Below, piece by piece: positions 1 to 9,848 of a stretch of 64,000 nt of DNA. How positions within the stretch are numbered: position 1 is the stretch's first letter; every line of letters starts with the position of its first letter. The stretch spans positions 23,057 through 87,056 of the forward strand of contig JBGSWE010000004.1 in assembly GCA_041752595.1 (NCBI GenBank), in the 5' to 3' direction. The notes below the pieces were generated by a model. That model was given only the letters and a program-made list of their open reading frames with translations. It did no database searches and was not told the DNA's origin. Origin of the DNA: Candidatus Saccharimonadales bacterium (GTDB lineage Bacteria > Patescibacteriota > Saccharimonadia > Saccharimonadales > JACDBH01). A program made the translations under genes and the position numbers.

Positions 1-414
1 GGTGATGGTAATTTAATCGTCGTAGATTATAAAGCTACCAGCAAAGACAAAGAGGTTAGTATTGATTCTGATTGGCAAATCGCCTATAAACGCCAACTAG
101 AAGTCTACCAATGGTTGCTTCGTCGCAATGGTTTTAGTGTTAGCGACACGGGTTATTTTGTTTATACTAACGGTCGAATGGATTTGGATGGTTTTAATGA
201 CAGGGTAGAATTCCGCACAAAAATTATTCCATACACAGGCTCCGATAATTGGATAGAACCAACAATTATAAAAATGAAAAAATGCATGGACGGCGAAATG
301 CCAGGGGTGGGTATGGCTGCAATGGGAGGGGAGTGCGACTACTGTGCCTACGCAAAAGCTCGTACCAAATTAACAATTGAAGCAATAAATAATAAGAAAC
401 CTGCCAAAAGATAA
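1..414 (+). CDS. PD-(D/E)XK (RecB/Cas4-like) nuclease family protein, C-terminal part; the 5' end lies outside the window
   Basis: Frame 1 is open from base 1. The translation GDGNLIVVDYKATS...QLEVYQWLL carries the D-x-K and QxxxY elements of the PD-(D/E)XK fold. A C-terminal Cys cluster (KKCMDG...GGECDYCAY) resembles Cas4/AddB-type nucleases. Confidence 0.55.
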   Translation, partial: GDGNLIVVDYKATSKDKEVSIDSDWQIAYKRQLEVYQWLLRRNGFSVSDTGYFVYTNGRMDLDGFNDRVEFRTKIIPYTGSDNWIEPTIIKMKKCMDGEMPGVGMAAMGGECDYCAYAKARTKLTIEAINNKKPAKR

Positions 415-435
415 ATAAAGTCCTATAATAATAGT

Positions 436-1731
436 ATGATTGATATCAAATATATTCGTGAAAACCAAGAACACGTCGCGCAAAAAAGCCTTGAAAAGGG
501 CTATCCAGTCGATATTAACAGATTGCTGGAGCTAGATAACGAGCGTAGAGATTTGTTAAAACAAGTCGAATCACTAAGGACTAAGCGTAATGAAAACTCT
601 AATAAAATGCAGGGCGGTAAGCCAGAACAAAGCATTATAGACGAAGGCAAACAGATCAAAGTTGAGCTTAGCGAAAAAGAAGCTTATTTAAATCAAACAG
701 ATGACCAATATATTGGATTAATAAAACAAGTACCCAATATGCCGCTAGATGATGTTCCAGTTGGTAGCTCGGAAGAAGAGAACCAAGTTGTAATGGAATG
801 GGGCGATAAGCCAGCCTTTGACTTTGATCCCAAAAATCATGCTGAAATTGCTGAAGCAAGGGGTTGGATAGACAAGGAGCGTGCAGCAAAAGTCTCAGGT
901 AGTCGTTTCGCCTATGTTAAGGGTGATTTAGTAAAACTTCAGTTTGCCTTGATCACATGGATAACAGGTGTTCTTACTGATTCAGACAAGATCCGCGAAA
1001 TAGCTGAGCAAGCAGGACTAGATATAGACCATAAGCCATTCACACCAGTTTTGCCCCCACTTTTACTAAAAACAGACATCTATGACGCTATGGATCGGCT
1101 TGAGCCCAGGGATGACCGCTACAAAATAGAAGGCGAAGAGCTATGGTTACAGGGAAGTGCTGAACATGTTCTTGGGCCCATGCATTCGGGCGAGACTTTT
1201 GAACCAAGTGATTTACCTATTCGCTACCTTGGGTATGCTACTAGTTTCCGTAAAGAAGCCGGAACTTATGGTAAAGACATGGAAGGCATAATCCGGATGC
1301 ATCAGTTCGACAAACTTGAGCTGGAGAGTTTTACAACCGCAGAAAACGGTTACAATGAACACTTATTGCTAATTGCGATTCAGGAATATATTTTACAGCA
1401 ATTAAACTTACCTTATCGTAAAATTATGAAGTGCACCTATGATATTGGTAAACCAAATGCACGCGGAGTAGATATGGATGTATGGCTACCAGGACAAGCT
1501 AAATACCGCGAAACCCACACCGCAGACTACATGACAGATTACCAATCCAGAAGATTGAAAACTAGAGTAAAACTAGGTGATGATATGGGGTTTGTGCACA
1601 CAAATGATGCGACTGGTTTGGCATTAGGTCGAGGTATGGTTGGAATAATTGAAAATTATCAAACTATTGACGGACGTGTCCGGATACCAGATATTCTGAA
1701 AACTTACATGAATGGTCTTGAGCAGCTATAA
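436..1731 (+). CDS. serS: Seryl-tRNA synthetase
   Basis: 431 aa with the typical MIDIKYIRENxE start and an N-terminal coiled-coil arm, followed by a class II core (FRKEAGTYGKD, RMHQFDKLE, GLALGRGMVGIIENYQ). Confidence 0.95.
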   Translation: MIDIKYIRENQEHVAQKSLEKGYPVDINRLLELDNERRDLLKQVESLRTKRNENSNKMQGGKPEQSIIDEGKQIKVELSEKEAYLNQTDDQYIGLIKQVPNMPLDDVPVGSSEEENQVVMEWGDKPAFDFDPKNHAEIAEARGWIDKERAAKVSGSRFAYVKGDLVKLQFALITWITGVLTDSDKIREIAEQAGLDIDHKPFTPVLPPLLLKTDIYDAMDRLEPRDDRYKIEGEELWLQGSAEHVLGPMHSGETFEPSDLPIRYLGYATSFRKEAGTYGKDMEGIIRMHQFDKLELESFTTAENGYNEHLLLIAIQEYILQQLNLPYRKIMKCTYDIGKPNARGVDMDVWLPGQAKYRETHTADYMTDYQSRRLKTRVKLGDDMGFVHTNDATGLALGRGMVGIIENYQTIDGRVRIPDILKTYMNGLEQL

Positions 1732-1751
1732 AATAAAAGGAAGGAAATATT

Positions 1752-2123
1752 ATGATCAGGAAACTTGAAATTACAGGCGTTCATATAGACACTGACGAAA
1801 AAGTAAAGAAATACGTCAGAAAAACTGTAAATAAGTTAGAACGTTATATTCCTAGGCATGCGCGCAAGAGTGTACATGTAGATGTAAAACTAAGCGAGAA
1901 CAAAAACCAACAAAACCGCAAATGTACTGCAGAATTTATTTTTCATTTGCCCCAAGAAACTCTTACAGCTAAAGAATCTACAATTAATCTTTTTGCTGCA
2001 ATAGATATTGTAGAAGCTAAAATTCAGAATCAACTCAAAAAGTACAAAGACACACACGCCAACCCTAAGTTTCATCAGAGAATTACTCAAAAATTTAAGG
2101 CTCGTAACCCAAACCAAATTTAA
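1752..2123 (+). CDS. hpf: Ribosome hibernation/RaiA-HPF family protein (short form)
   Basis: 123 aa. The N-terminus ITGVHIDTDEKVKKYVRKTVNKLERY and the later AAIDIVEAKIQNQLKKYKD match the sigma-54 modulation/S30AE family pattern. Confidence 0.8.
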   Translation: MIRKLEITGVHIDTDEKVKKYVRKTVNKLERYIPRHARKSVHVDVKLSENKNQQNRKCTAEFIFHLPQETLTAKESTINLFAAIDIVEAKIQNQLKKYKDTHANPKFHQRITQKFKARNPNQI

Positions 2124-2207
2124 CAACACATAACAACATATTTAAGGTGTTAATTTGTTCATAGAACTGATACAATTAGCCTTAGCAAAAAACAGAGGGG
2201 CTAATAC

Positions 2208-4817
2208 TTGATGAACAATAAGTACTTAAAACGCATTTTGGGTGATCCACAAGCTAAAACACTTCGACGCTTACGAAAGCGTATAAGTCTTGTTAATAAT
2301 TTAGAGTCAAAGTACAAAAAATTAACAGATGCAAAACTCAAAGAACAAACTAAAGTATTAAAAAAACGACTTGAAAAAGAGTCGCTAGACGCAATACTTC
2401 CAGATGCTTTTGCGGTGGTGCGCGAGGCTGCCAGACGCTCATTAAATCAGAGACATTTTGATGTCCAGGTGCTTGGTGGAATGGTTTTGCATGAAGGCAA
2501 CATTGCAGAAATGAAAACTGGTGAGGGTAAAACCCTGGTTGCTACACTTCCGCTTTACCTCAACTCATTAACCGAAAAAGGTGCTCATTTCGTGACGGTT
2601 AATGATTATCTGGCTCGAATCGGTGCTGGCTGGATGGGTCCTGTCTATGATTTCTTAGGCGTAACAGTTGGTGTTATTATCCCAGATCAGTCATATATTT
2701 ATGACACTAGTTATGTTGACGAGAGTCATGACGACGAGCGTTTTAAGCACTTACGTCCATGCACACGCCAAGAAGCCTATGCGGCCGACATTACATACGG
2801 CACAAATAACGAGTTTGGTTTCGATTATCTACGCGATAACATGGTTCGTGAAACAGATCAGCTACGTCAACGCGACCTACACTTTGCGATTGTTGACGAA
2901 GCAGACTCAATCTTAATTGACGAAGCACGCACACCTTTAATTATTTCAGCTCCTGCAGTAGCCTCAGGTGCTAGCTATCTGCAATTTTCTAAGGTTGTTA
3001 GAAATCTAAAACCAGAACATTACGAAATTGACGAAAAACGTCGAAGTGTAATACTTACGGATGCTGGTGTCGAAAAAATAGAAAAGATACTAGGCATTAA
3101 AGATCTATATTCAACAGATAATATTCGTAGTATTTACCATCTTGATCAGTCGCTTAAGGCGCAATTACTTTTCAAGCGCGATAAAGATTATGTCGTATCT
3201 TCAGATGGTGAAATCGTAATTGTAGACACATTTACTGGTCGTTTGTTAAGAGGGCGAAGATATAACGAAGGTTTACACCAAGCAATCGAAGCCAAAGAAA
3301 ATGTAGAAGTACAACAAGAATCTATGACACTTGCAACTATCTCGTTCCAGAACCTATTTCGTTTATACGAAAAACTATCAGGTATGACTGGTACCGCAAC
3401 CACCGAAAGTGAAGAATTTCACCAAATATACAAGCTTGATGTTGTCGAAGTTCCACCAAACAAAAAACTTATACGTACCGATAAAGCTGATCGAATTTAT
3501 AAATCAGAAACAGGCAAGTTCAATGCGATTGTTAATGAAGTTAAACAATTAAATAAAAAGGGACAGCCAGTTCTAATTGGTACTGTTTCAATTGAAAAAA
3601 ACGAAGCACTTAGTAAGGCGCTAAAAAAAGCAGGAATTAAGCACTCTGTACTAAATGCTAAGAATAATGAAAAAGAAGCTGCTATTGTTGCCGATGCCGG
3701 ACAAAAAGGTTCCGTAACATTAGCTACAAACATTGCTGGTCGTGGTACAGATATAGTTCTAACAGATGAAACGAGAAAACTTGGTGGACTATTTGTACTT
3801 GGTTCTGAGAGGCACGAATCTAGGCGTATCGACAACCAATTAAGGGGCCGCTCAGGCCGACAGGGTGATCCAGGCGCTACTCAGTTCTTTGTAAGTACTG
3901 AAGATGAGCTAATGCGTATTTTTGGCGGCGATAAAATTGGTAGTCTTATGCAAAGACTCAAGGTTGACGACGAAACACCAATAGAAAACAGACTAATTAG
4001 CAAAAGCCTAGAATCAGCACAGAAAAAAGTCGAAGGCTTTAACTTTGATACACGTAAAAATGTCGTTAAATATGATGACGTAATGAACCGACATCGTAGA
4101 GCGGTTTACACAATGCGCCGCGAAATACTACTCCAAGCAGATATAGTAAAACGCATTAAAGTTTTTATTAGCGAAGAGGTGAATGCATTGGTTGAATCCC
4201 CAGAATCATTAACTGGCGAGTTTGAAAACATACTCAAAAACGTATTTCCGTTTGACGAGCCTACACTTGATAGACTTTTTGACACCGACGCATCTAAGTT
4301 TGCTAAAACTCTCGAAACAGAAGTTGAGGAATTGTACGCATCTAGAGAATCTGCCTTCGGTGCAGAAATTATGCGCAAAGTAGAACGCGATATTTACCTG
4401 CAGGCACTAGATAATCTTTGGATGCAACACCTTGAGAACATGGACCACCTAAGACAGGGTATTCATTGGCTTAGTGTTGGTCAACGAGACCCACTTGTTG
4501 AATATAGGCGTCAGTCACAAGTAATGTTTGCAGAAATGCAGTTACAGTTAAGAACTCAAGTACTACAAAGTATATTTAATTCTAGTCCTTCTGACTTAAG
4601 TAGAATTAACGAGCCTATCGAAACCGAACTAACAAAAGCTGCTAGAAGTTCTGTTGATAACGCAAACAAGATTCTTAGCGTAGAAGAATTTGATGAAGAT
4701 GATTTTGTATCAAGTGGTAGCCAACAAAGCTCAACTAAATCAGTTACAAATAAAGCAACTAAACAAAAACAACGAAAAGCTGAACGTCAGCGAAAAAAAG
4801 CAAAACGTAAAAAATAA
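2208..4817 (+). CDS. secA: Preprotein translocase ATPase SecA
   Basis: 869 aa with MKTGEGKTLVATLP (Walker A), FAIVDEADSILIDEARTPLIIS (DEAD) and LATNIAGRGTDI. The tail is Lys-rich with no Cys zinc motif. The TTG at 2208 or the ATG at 2211 could be the start; an AGAGGGG SD sits at 2194-2200. Confidence 0.97.
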   Translation: MMNNKYLKRILGDPQAKTLRRLRKRISLVNNLESKYKKLTDAKLKEQTKVLKKRLEKESLDAILPDAFAVVREAARRSLNQRHFDVQVLGGMVLHEGNIAEMKTGEGKTLVATLPLYLNSLTEKGAHFVTVNDYLARIGAGWMGPVYDFLGVTVGVIIPDQSYIYDTSYVDESHDDERFKHLRPCTRQEAYAADITYGTNNEFGFDYLRDNMVRETDQLRQRDLHFAIVDEADSILIDEARTPLIISAPAVASGASYLQFSKVVRNLKPEHYEIDEKRRSVILTDAGVEKIEKILGIKDLYSTDNIRSIYHLDQSLKAQLLFKRDKDYVVSSDGEIVIVDTFTGRLLRGRRYNEGLHQAIEAKENVEVQQESMTLATISFQNLFRLYEKLSGMTGTATTESEEFHQIYKLDVVEVPPNKKLIRTDKADRIYKSETGKFNAIVNEVKQLNKKGQPVLIGTVSIEKNEALSKALKKAGIKHSVLNAKNNEKEAAIVADAGQKGSVTLATNIAGRGTDIVLTDETRKLGGLFVLGSERHESRRIDNQLRGRSGRQGDPGATQFFVSTEDELMRIFGGDKIGSLMQRLKVDDETPIENRLISKSLESAQKKVEGFNFDTRKNVVKYDDVMNRHRRAVYTMRREILLQADIVKRIKVFISEEVNALVESPESLTGEFENILKNVFPFDEPTLDRLFDTDASKFAKTLETEVEELYASRESAFGAEIMRKVERDIYLQALDNLWMQHLENMDHLRQGIHWLSVGQRDPLVEYRRQSQVMFAEMQLQLRTQVLQSIFNSSPSDLSRINEPIETELTKAARSSVDNANKILSVEEFDEDDFVSSGSQQSSTKSVTNKATKQKQRKAERQRKKAKRKK

Positions 4818-6109
4818 TGAGACATACAGTTGAGAAAATAGTTCTAGAAAACGGCGCAGAGGGTTTGCTTATAGATGTTCCTGATGCAAGTGTTATGACT
4901 TTCGAATTTAATTTTCGTGCTGGTGAATATTTGGTAGAACCTAGCAAATGGGAAACCCCACATATCATGGAACACGTACTTCTTGGCGCAAACAAAAAGT
5001 TCCCAAAAGCTCGTATGTTTCAGGCCGAGTTTGAGAAAAACGGAGCCTACAATAACGCCAGCACTGGTGTTTATGATATAACCTACGAAGCAGAATGTGC
5101 CGACTTTGAATGGGATCGTATTTTAGATCTAATGATACTTGCGATTAGTCAGCCACTTTTTTTGCAAGAAGAATTCGATGCAGAGCTAGGTAACGTCCGC
5201 GAAGAATTGAATGGTCGAGCTAATAACCACTTCAGGCATCTCTCACTTGCAATGAGAAAATACTGCGGTTACCAAGCCATGACAGATAGGGAACGATTAA
5301 AATTATTGTTAAATAACAAAAAAACTGACATCGAGGAACACTATAAAAAAACTCACACAACCTCTAATATGCGGTTTGTTATTGCTGGGGGCATCAAAGG
5401 ACATAAAGCAACTATTATTCGTATGCTAGAAGGCACTACGCTGCCGAAGGGCAAGGGTAGAATTGATCTTCCTCTAGAGGAGCCAATCAAACAAGATAAA
5501 AGTCTATACCTGCGTAACCCAAGCGTTAAAAATGCATATTTTATTATTGATACTTTCCACCATGAAAGACTAGACGAACCTGAGTGGGACGCAGGGCAGT
5601 TAATAAATACCATGCTTACAGAAACTCTTTATTCCAGAATACTTGGCGCAGCAAGAGAAAAAGGCCTGGTTTATCATATGAGTTCTGGTTTTAATCAATT
5701 AAGCCAAAATGTGTCATGGTGGTTTGGTGCACAAATTATGCCAGGAAATGCCAATGCATTATTTAAGATAATTGTAGATGAGTTAAATAGAGTTAGATCT
5801 GGTGACGTTGCTGAAGAAGATATAGAAGCCGCAAAACAATATATGCTTGGACGTTACCAAAGAGCGGGTCAAACTGTTTCCGGTACGGCTGCAGGCTATA
5901 CTAATCGGTATTTTTTTGAAGATACAGTAGACGATTACTACGCATTACCCGAACGTATAAAAGCCGTTACTAAGACAAGAATAGTTAACACAACCGAACT
6001 TATGTTTACGGATAATATGTGGAATATGGGAATACTCGGATCTGCTGGACGGCCTTTTGTAGACGAACTTAACGATCAGATTTCTGTACTTTGGTCTAAG
6101 GATAAGTAG
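4817..6109 (+). CDS. M16 (pitrilysin/insulinase) family zinc peptidase
   Basis: 430 aa with the inverted zincin motif HxxEH (HIMEHVLL) near the N-terminus and a downstream Glu-rich region. The start overlaps the secA stop. Confidence 0.85.
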   Translation: MRHTVEKIVLENGAEGLLIDVPDASVMTFEFNFRAGEYLVEPSKWETPHIMEHVLLGANKKFPKARMFQAEFEKNGAYNNASTGVYDITYEAECADFEWDRILDLMILAISQPLFLQEEFDAELGNVREELNGRANNHFRHLSLAMRKYCGYQAMTDRERLKLLLNNKKTDIEEHYKKTHTTSNMRFVIAGGIKGHKATIIRMLEGTTLPKGKGRIDLPLEEPIKQDKSLYLRNPSVKNAYFIIDTFHHERLDEPEWDAGQLINTMLTETLYSRILGAAREKGLVYHMSSGFNQLSQNVSWWFGAQIMPGNANALFKIIVDELNRVRSGDVAEEDIEAAKQYMLGRYQRAGQTVSGTAAGYTNRYFFEDTVDDYYALPERIKAVTKTRIVNTTELMFTDNMWNMGILGSAGRPFVDELNDQISVLWSKDK

Positions 6110-6110
6110 T

Positions 6111-7181
6111 ATGGAGAATCTTTCAAAGCGTATAAAATCGTTAATAATAGCGATAAATGATGCGACTGAAAAGATAAAACTCAAAGATTTAATTGTTGAG
6201 AAGGATAAACTTGAGGCCGAAATAGCCAACAAAGATTTTTGGAATGATAGCAATAATGCAACTGTCATATCAAAAAAGTACGCAGCATTAAATGCTCGCA
6301 TTGAACCTTGGATAAATATTCAAAGCGACTGCAATGAAATACAAGAGCTCATTGAGCTGAGCGATGACGAATTAAAAAGCGGCATTTCTATTCAGTTAGT
6401 AAATGCAGAAACTAAATTTGAAATTCTAAAAAAAGAACTAAGATACAGTGGTCCATACGATAGCTATGATGCGATTGTTAGTATTTATGCCGGAGCAGGA
6501 GGTGTAGATGCTCAAGACTGGGCGGCAATGCTACTGCGTATGTATATTAGATGGTCCGAACAGCACGGCGTTTCTTATCAAACTGTTATGGAGTCGGCCG
6601 GTGAAGAAGCTGGTATTAAATCTGTCACCTTAGAGCTTGGGGGTAGCATGGTATACGGTAAGCTAAAAGGTGAACACGGCGTTCATAGACTAGTTAGGTT
6701 GAGCCCGTTTAATGCAGATAATTTGCGCCAAACAAGCTTCGCTAAAATAAATGTTTTACCTAAGATCGACCAACCCGAAGAGGTAGAAATAGACGAAAAG
6801 GACTTAAAAATTGATGTTTATAGAGCTGGTGGTCACGGTGGTCAAAGTGTTAATACGACAGATTCAGCAGTACGAATAACTCATCTACCCACCGGCATAA
6901 CAGTTGCAATTCAAAATGAAAGGTCTCAATTACAAAATAAAGAAACTGCTATGACCATTCTTAGATCTAGATTGGCGGTTTTAAAAATTGAGCAACACGC
7001 TGAAAAAGTTTCAGAAATTAAGGGACCTAACGAGCAAGCTTCATGGGGAAATCAAATAAGAAGCTACGTACTTCACCCATATAAAATGGTTAAAGATCTC
7101 AGAAGTGGTGTAGAAACTAGCGATACGGAATCAGTTCTAGACGGATCAATAGATATTTTTATAGACAGTTTCGAGGCATAA
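6111..7181 (+). CDS. prfB: Peptide chain release factor 2, contiguous ORF
   Basis: It carries the RF2-specific SPF motif (RLSPFNADN) and the GGQ motif (GGHGGQSVNTT). The 356-aa ORF has no internal frameshift site. Confidence 0.93.
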   Translation: MENLSKRIKSLIIAINDATEKIKLKDLIVEKDKLEAEIANKDFWNDSNNATVISKKYAALNARIEPWINIQSDCNEIQELIELSDDELKSGISIQLVNAETKFEILKKELRYSGPYDSYDAIVSIYAGAGGVDAQDWAAMLLRMYIRWSEQHGVSYQTVMESAGEEAGIKSVTLELGGSMVYGKLKGEHGVHRLVRLSPFNADNLRQTSFAKINVLPKIDQPEEVEIDEKDLKIDVYRAGGHGGQSVNTTDSAVRITHLPTGITVAIQNERSQLQNKETAMTILRSRLAVLKIEQHAEKVSEIKGPNEQASWGNQIRSYVLHPYKMVKDLRSGVETSDTESVLDGSIDIFIDSFEA

Positions 7182-7206
7182 GTAATTTGGTGATATACTT
7201 TAGTTA

Positions 7207-8097
7207 ATGAAACGTCATGGTGGGTATATTTTTGTTGCAGGTCTTGTATTGATTGGTTTATTTGGTTTTGTAAATTCGCCAAGAGCTAGTGCAGAAAGCT
7301 GTAAGGATGTCTCTAATTTAGGGGCAGTGCAGTTGTTTATTCCAAATTTAAAAAGTGCTGGAGAATATCAGCTATGGGTAAGAATGCAGAGTCCTTCAAA
7401 TGCAGCTAAAGTTTTAGTAGAACTAAATAAAACGGAATGTTTTGAAGTAGGAAGCACGCTATTAACACCCAACACATGGTCTTGGGTGCCTTATTATACA
7501 AATAACCAGAACAAAACTATTAATTTCTTAAAAACAGAAGGTAATTTAATAAATCTTATTGGAGTACAGTCTTCGGTTAAGATTGACAGAGTATTAATTA
7601 GTGATCCGGGTTGTGCTCCCGAAAATTTTGGAAACAATTGTAGCCCAAGTTACGAGCCAGCGATTGCTAACACTAATGAAGTTAGAATAATCACTCAAAA
7701 CTCAAACAATCCAGTCAGCGGCAATGTAACTATCAGCGAAACACCATTTACACTCTCTGAAAGTTTAGTTTCGCTAAGCTATAGCGCTCAGGGACGTACT
7801 TTGCAGTCTGCCACTTCAGCAGTTCCATTTGACTCAACTTTAATTGAAAATGGTAAACACACTATTTTAATTCAGACTAGCCTATCTGACGGCACTGTAA
7901 TCAAAGAATCAACGGTTATAAGTGTTGATAATCCTGAGTCAATATTATCACCACTTTTACGTACTCTTCGTCAACAAAAAAGCTCACTATTATTGATCGG
8001 AATCATTGTTGGAGCATTAGCTATTGCACTAATTGCTATTTCTTTAATTAAAAAAATTTACATAAAACGTAGAGAAAGAAAATTTCACGGTTTTTAA
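7207..8097 (+). CDS. Secreted, C-terminally membrane-anchored protein with a CBM-like and an Ig-like region (hypothetical)
   Basis: It has a signal peptide (MKRHGGYIFVAGLVLIGLFGFVNSPRASA) and a beta-rich body (AGEYQLWVRMQSPSNAAKVLVELN). A C-terminal TM (LLLIGIIVGALAIALIAISLI) is followed by a basic tail. Confidence 0.5.
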   Translation: MKRHGGYIFVAGLVLIGLFGFVNSPRASAESCKDVSNLGAVQLFIPNLKSAGEYQLWVRMQSPSNAAKVLVELNKTECFEVGSTLLTPNTWSWVPYYTNNQNKTINFLKTEGNLINLIGVQSSVKIDRVLISDPGCAPENFGNNCSPSYEPAIANTNEVRIITQNSNNPVSGNVTISETPFTLSESLVSLSYSAQGRTLQSATSAVPFDSTLIENGKHTILIQTSLSDGTVIKESTVISVDNPESILSPLLRTLRQQKSSLLLIGIIVGALAIALIAISLIKKIYIKRRERKFHGF

Positions 8098-8124
8098 TAA
8101 GCGCGACCAGTTTGCTATAATAGA

Positions 8125-8811
8125 TTGGTGATATTACTTGACCGTGTAAGTAAGACCTATAATCGCAAAGGTGCTACTGCATTGGAGCGAATTTCTTTGC
8201 ATATTGAAGCTAAAGAGTTTGTAATTATTGTCGGCGCATCTGGTGCGGGCAAATCTACGTTACTAAAATTATTAACAAGAGAAGAGAAGCCAACAAGTGG
8301 CAAAATAATTGTTGGAGGTATTGATTACGAAACACTAAGTGATCGTGATGTGCCAAAACTACGCAGAAGAATAGGTGTGGTATTTCAAGATTTCAAATTG
8401 TTACCCAATAAAAATGTTTTTGAAAATGTTGCATTTGCCCTAGAAATTATAGGAATAAGTAGTAAAGAAATAAAACATACTGTACCTAAAGTCCTAGACA
8501 TAGTTGGACTTAAAGGAAAAGAAAAAAGCATGCCACAAGAACTTTCTGGCGGCGAAAGGCAGAGAGTAGCTATAGCCAGAGCGATTGTTAGGCAACCAAA
8601 AATTCTTATTGCTGATGAGCCAACCGGCAATCTAGATCCAAAGCATGCCTGGGACGTTATAAGGGTGCTTGAAAAAATTAACAAATACGGAACTACAGTT
8701 TTGCTAACAACTCACAACCAAGAGATTGTAAATAAACTTAAACGAAGAGTAATTACAATTTCTGACGGCAAAATAGCCAGTGATCACGCAAGTGGGGAAT
8801 ATACACTGTGA
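8125..8811 (+). CDS. ftsE: Cell division ABC transporter ATP-binding protein FtsE
   Basis: Walker A GASGAGKST, ABC signature LSGGERQRVAIARA and Walker B ILIADEPTGNLD are present. The start codon is TTG and the gene overlaps ftsX by 4 nt. Confidence 0.93.
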   Translation: MVILLDRVSKTYNRKGATALERISLHIEAKEFVIIVGASGAGKSTLLKLLTREEKPTSGKIIVGGIDYETLSDRDVPKLRRRIGVVFQDFKLLPNKNVFENVAFALEIIGISSKEIKHTVPKVLDIVGLKGKEKSMPQELSGGERQRVAIARAIVRQPKILIADEPTGNLDPKHAWDVIRVLEKINKYGTTVLLTTHNQEIVNKLKRRVITISDGKIASDHASGEYTL

Positions 8812-9749
8812 AATCTAGAAAACTTGTAATGTTTGGCAGAATTTTAAAGGGTGGAGTAGTTAATTTCTTTAGAAATGCATGGCTCGGTGTTGCTGCAATG
8901 GCAATTATGGTAGTAACTCTTAGCATTGTGCTTTTTTCGTTCATCGCTAACGCAACTTTTTCTAACACAATTCAAGATATTCGCGATCGCATCGACGTGT
9001 CAGTATTCTTAATAGACGAGATAACACCCGAACAGAAAGAAGATTTAATTACTCAACTCAAAGACATCGAGAATGTCAGGGAAGTTGTTTTTATTTCAAA
9101 AGACCAAGCTTTAGCTGATTATGTTGCACTTAATAGTGACAATATAGATTTGCAACTAGCCATTTCACAGACAGACAACCCCTTACCGGCAAGTCTTAGG
9201 ATTAAACTCCTAAACCCGGACATAATTGATGAGCTAAAAGTATTTTTAGATAATCCTGACATCAAAGCCCTACAATCGGACGAAACTTCTTATTCTGGCG
9301 ATAGAAAAGAGGCAATAGACAAAATCGCTCAGGCCACTACATTCATTAGGCAAGCAGGTATTATTGGGGTGGTTATTTTCGCTGCGATATCAGTTTTAAT
9401 TATATTTAACACAATCCAAATGGCAATTTTTAACCGTCGAGACGAGCTGGCTATTATGCGACTACTAGGAGCCGGTAGGTGGTATATACGTGGGCCATTT
9501 TTGGTAGAGAGCATGCTTATAGGCATTTTTGCCGCATTAATTTCGGTTGCACTCTGCAAAGGTATATTTACAGTTGCTTCCCAAACGCTAGGTGCAAGTA
9601 GTTTTGGGCTGCTTGATATCTCTTATTCCAGTACTTTTTTTGCAGATAACTTCTGGTACATATTGGGCGTACAGTTAGCGATCGGCATATTTATCGGTGT
9701 GACTTCTTCGTTTATTGCGACCCAACGTTATCTAAGACTAAAAGACTAG
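8808..9749 (+). CDS. ftsX: Cell division permease-like protein FtsX
   Basis: 313 aa with an N-terminal TM, a large extracytoplasmic loop and three C-terminal TMs. It is coupled to ftsE. Confidence 0.88.
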   Translation: MKSRKLVMFGRILKGGVVNFFRNAWLGVAAMAIMVVTLSIVLFSFIANATFSNTIQDIRDRIDVSVFLIDEITPEQKEDLITQLKDIENVREVVFISKDQALADYVALNSDNIDLQLAISQTDNPLPASLRIKLLNPDIIDELKVFLDNPDIKALQSDETSYSGDRKEAIDKIAQATTFIRQAGIIGVVIFAAISVLIIFNTIQMAIFNRRDELAIMRLLGAGRWYIRGPFLVESMLIGIFAALISVALCKGIFTVASQTLGASSFGLLDISYSSTFFADNFWYILGVQLAIGIFIGVTSSFIATQRYLRLKD

Positions 9750-9765
9750 TATAAACATAAACAGA

Positions 9766-9793
9766 TTGATTTTGTTTGATTTTGTGCTACAAT
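9766..9793 (+). promoter_or_regulatory. Sigma-70-like promoter (TTGATT-16-TGcTACAAT)
   Basis: The -35 TTGATT is at 9766-9771 and the extended -10 TGcTACAAT ends at 9793. The -10 overlaps the ATG at 9792, which argues for the downstream start at 9849. Confidence 0.45.
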
Positions 9794-9848
9794 GTATTTA
9801 CAAACAAACTACAAAAATAAAAAATATGAAACAGTTAAATCAATCTAT

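Noticed and set aside
6111-7181. I looked for the programmed +1 frameshift site (CUU UGA C after about 25 codons) typical of many prfB genes.
   Set aside because: The ORF is contiguous from its ATG through the SPF and GGQ motifs. Absence of the frameshift is a known minority state and not an anomaly.
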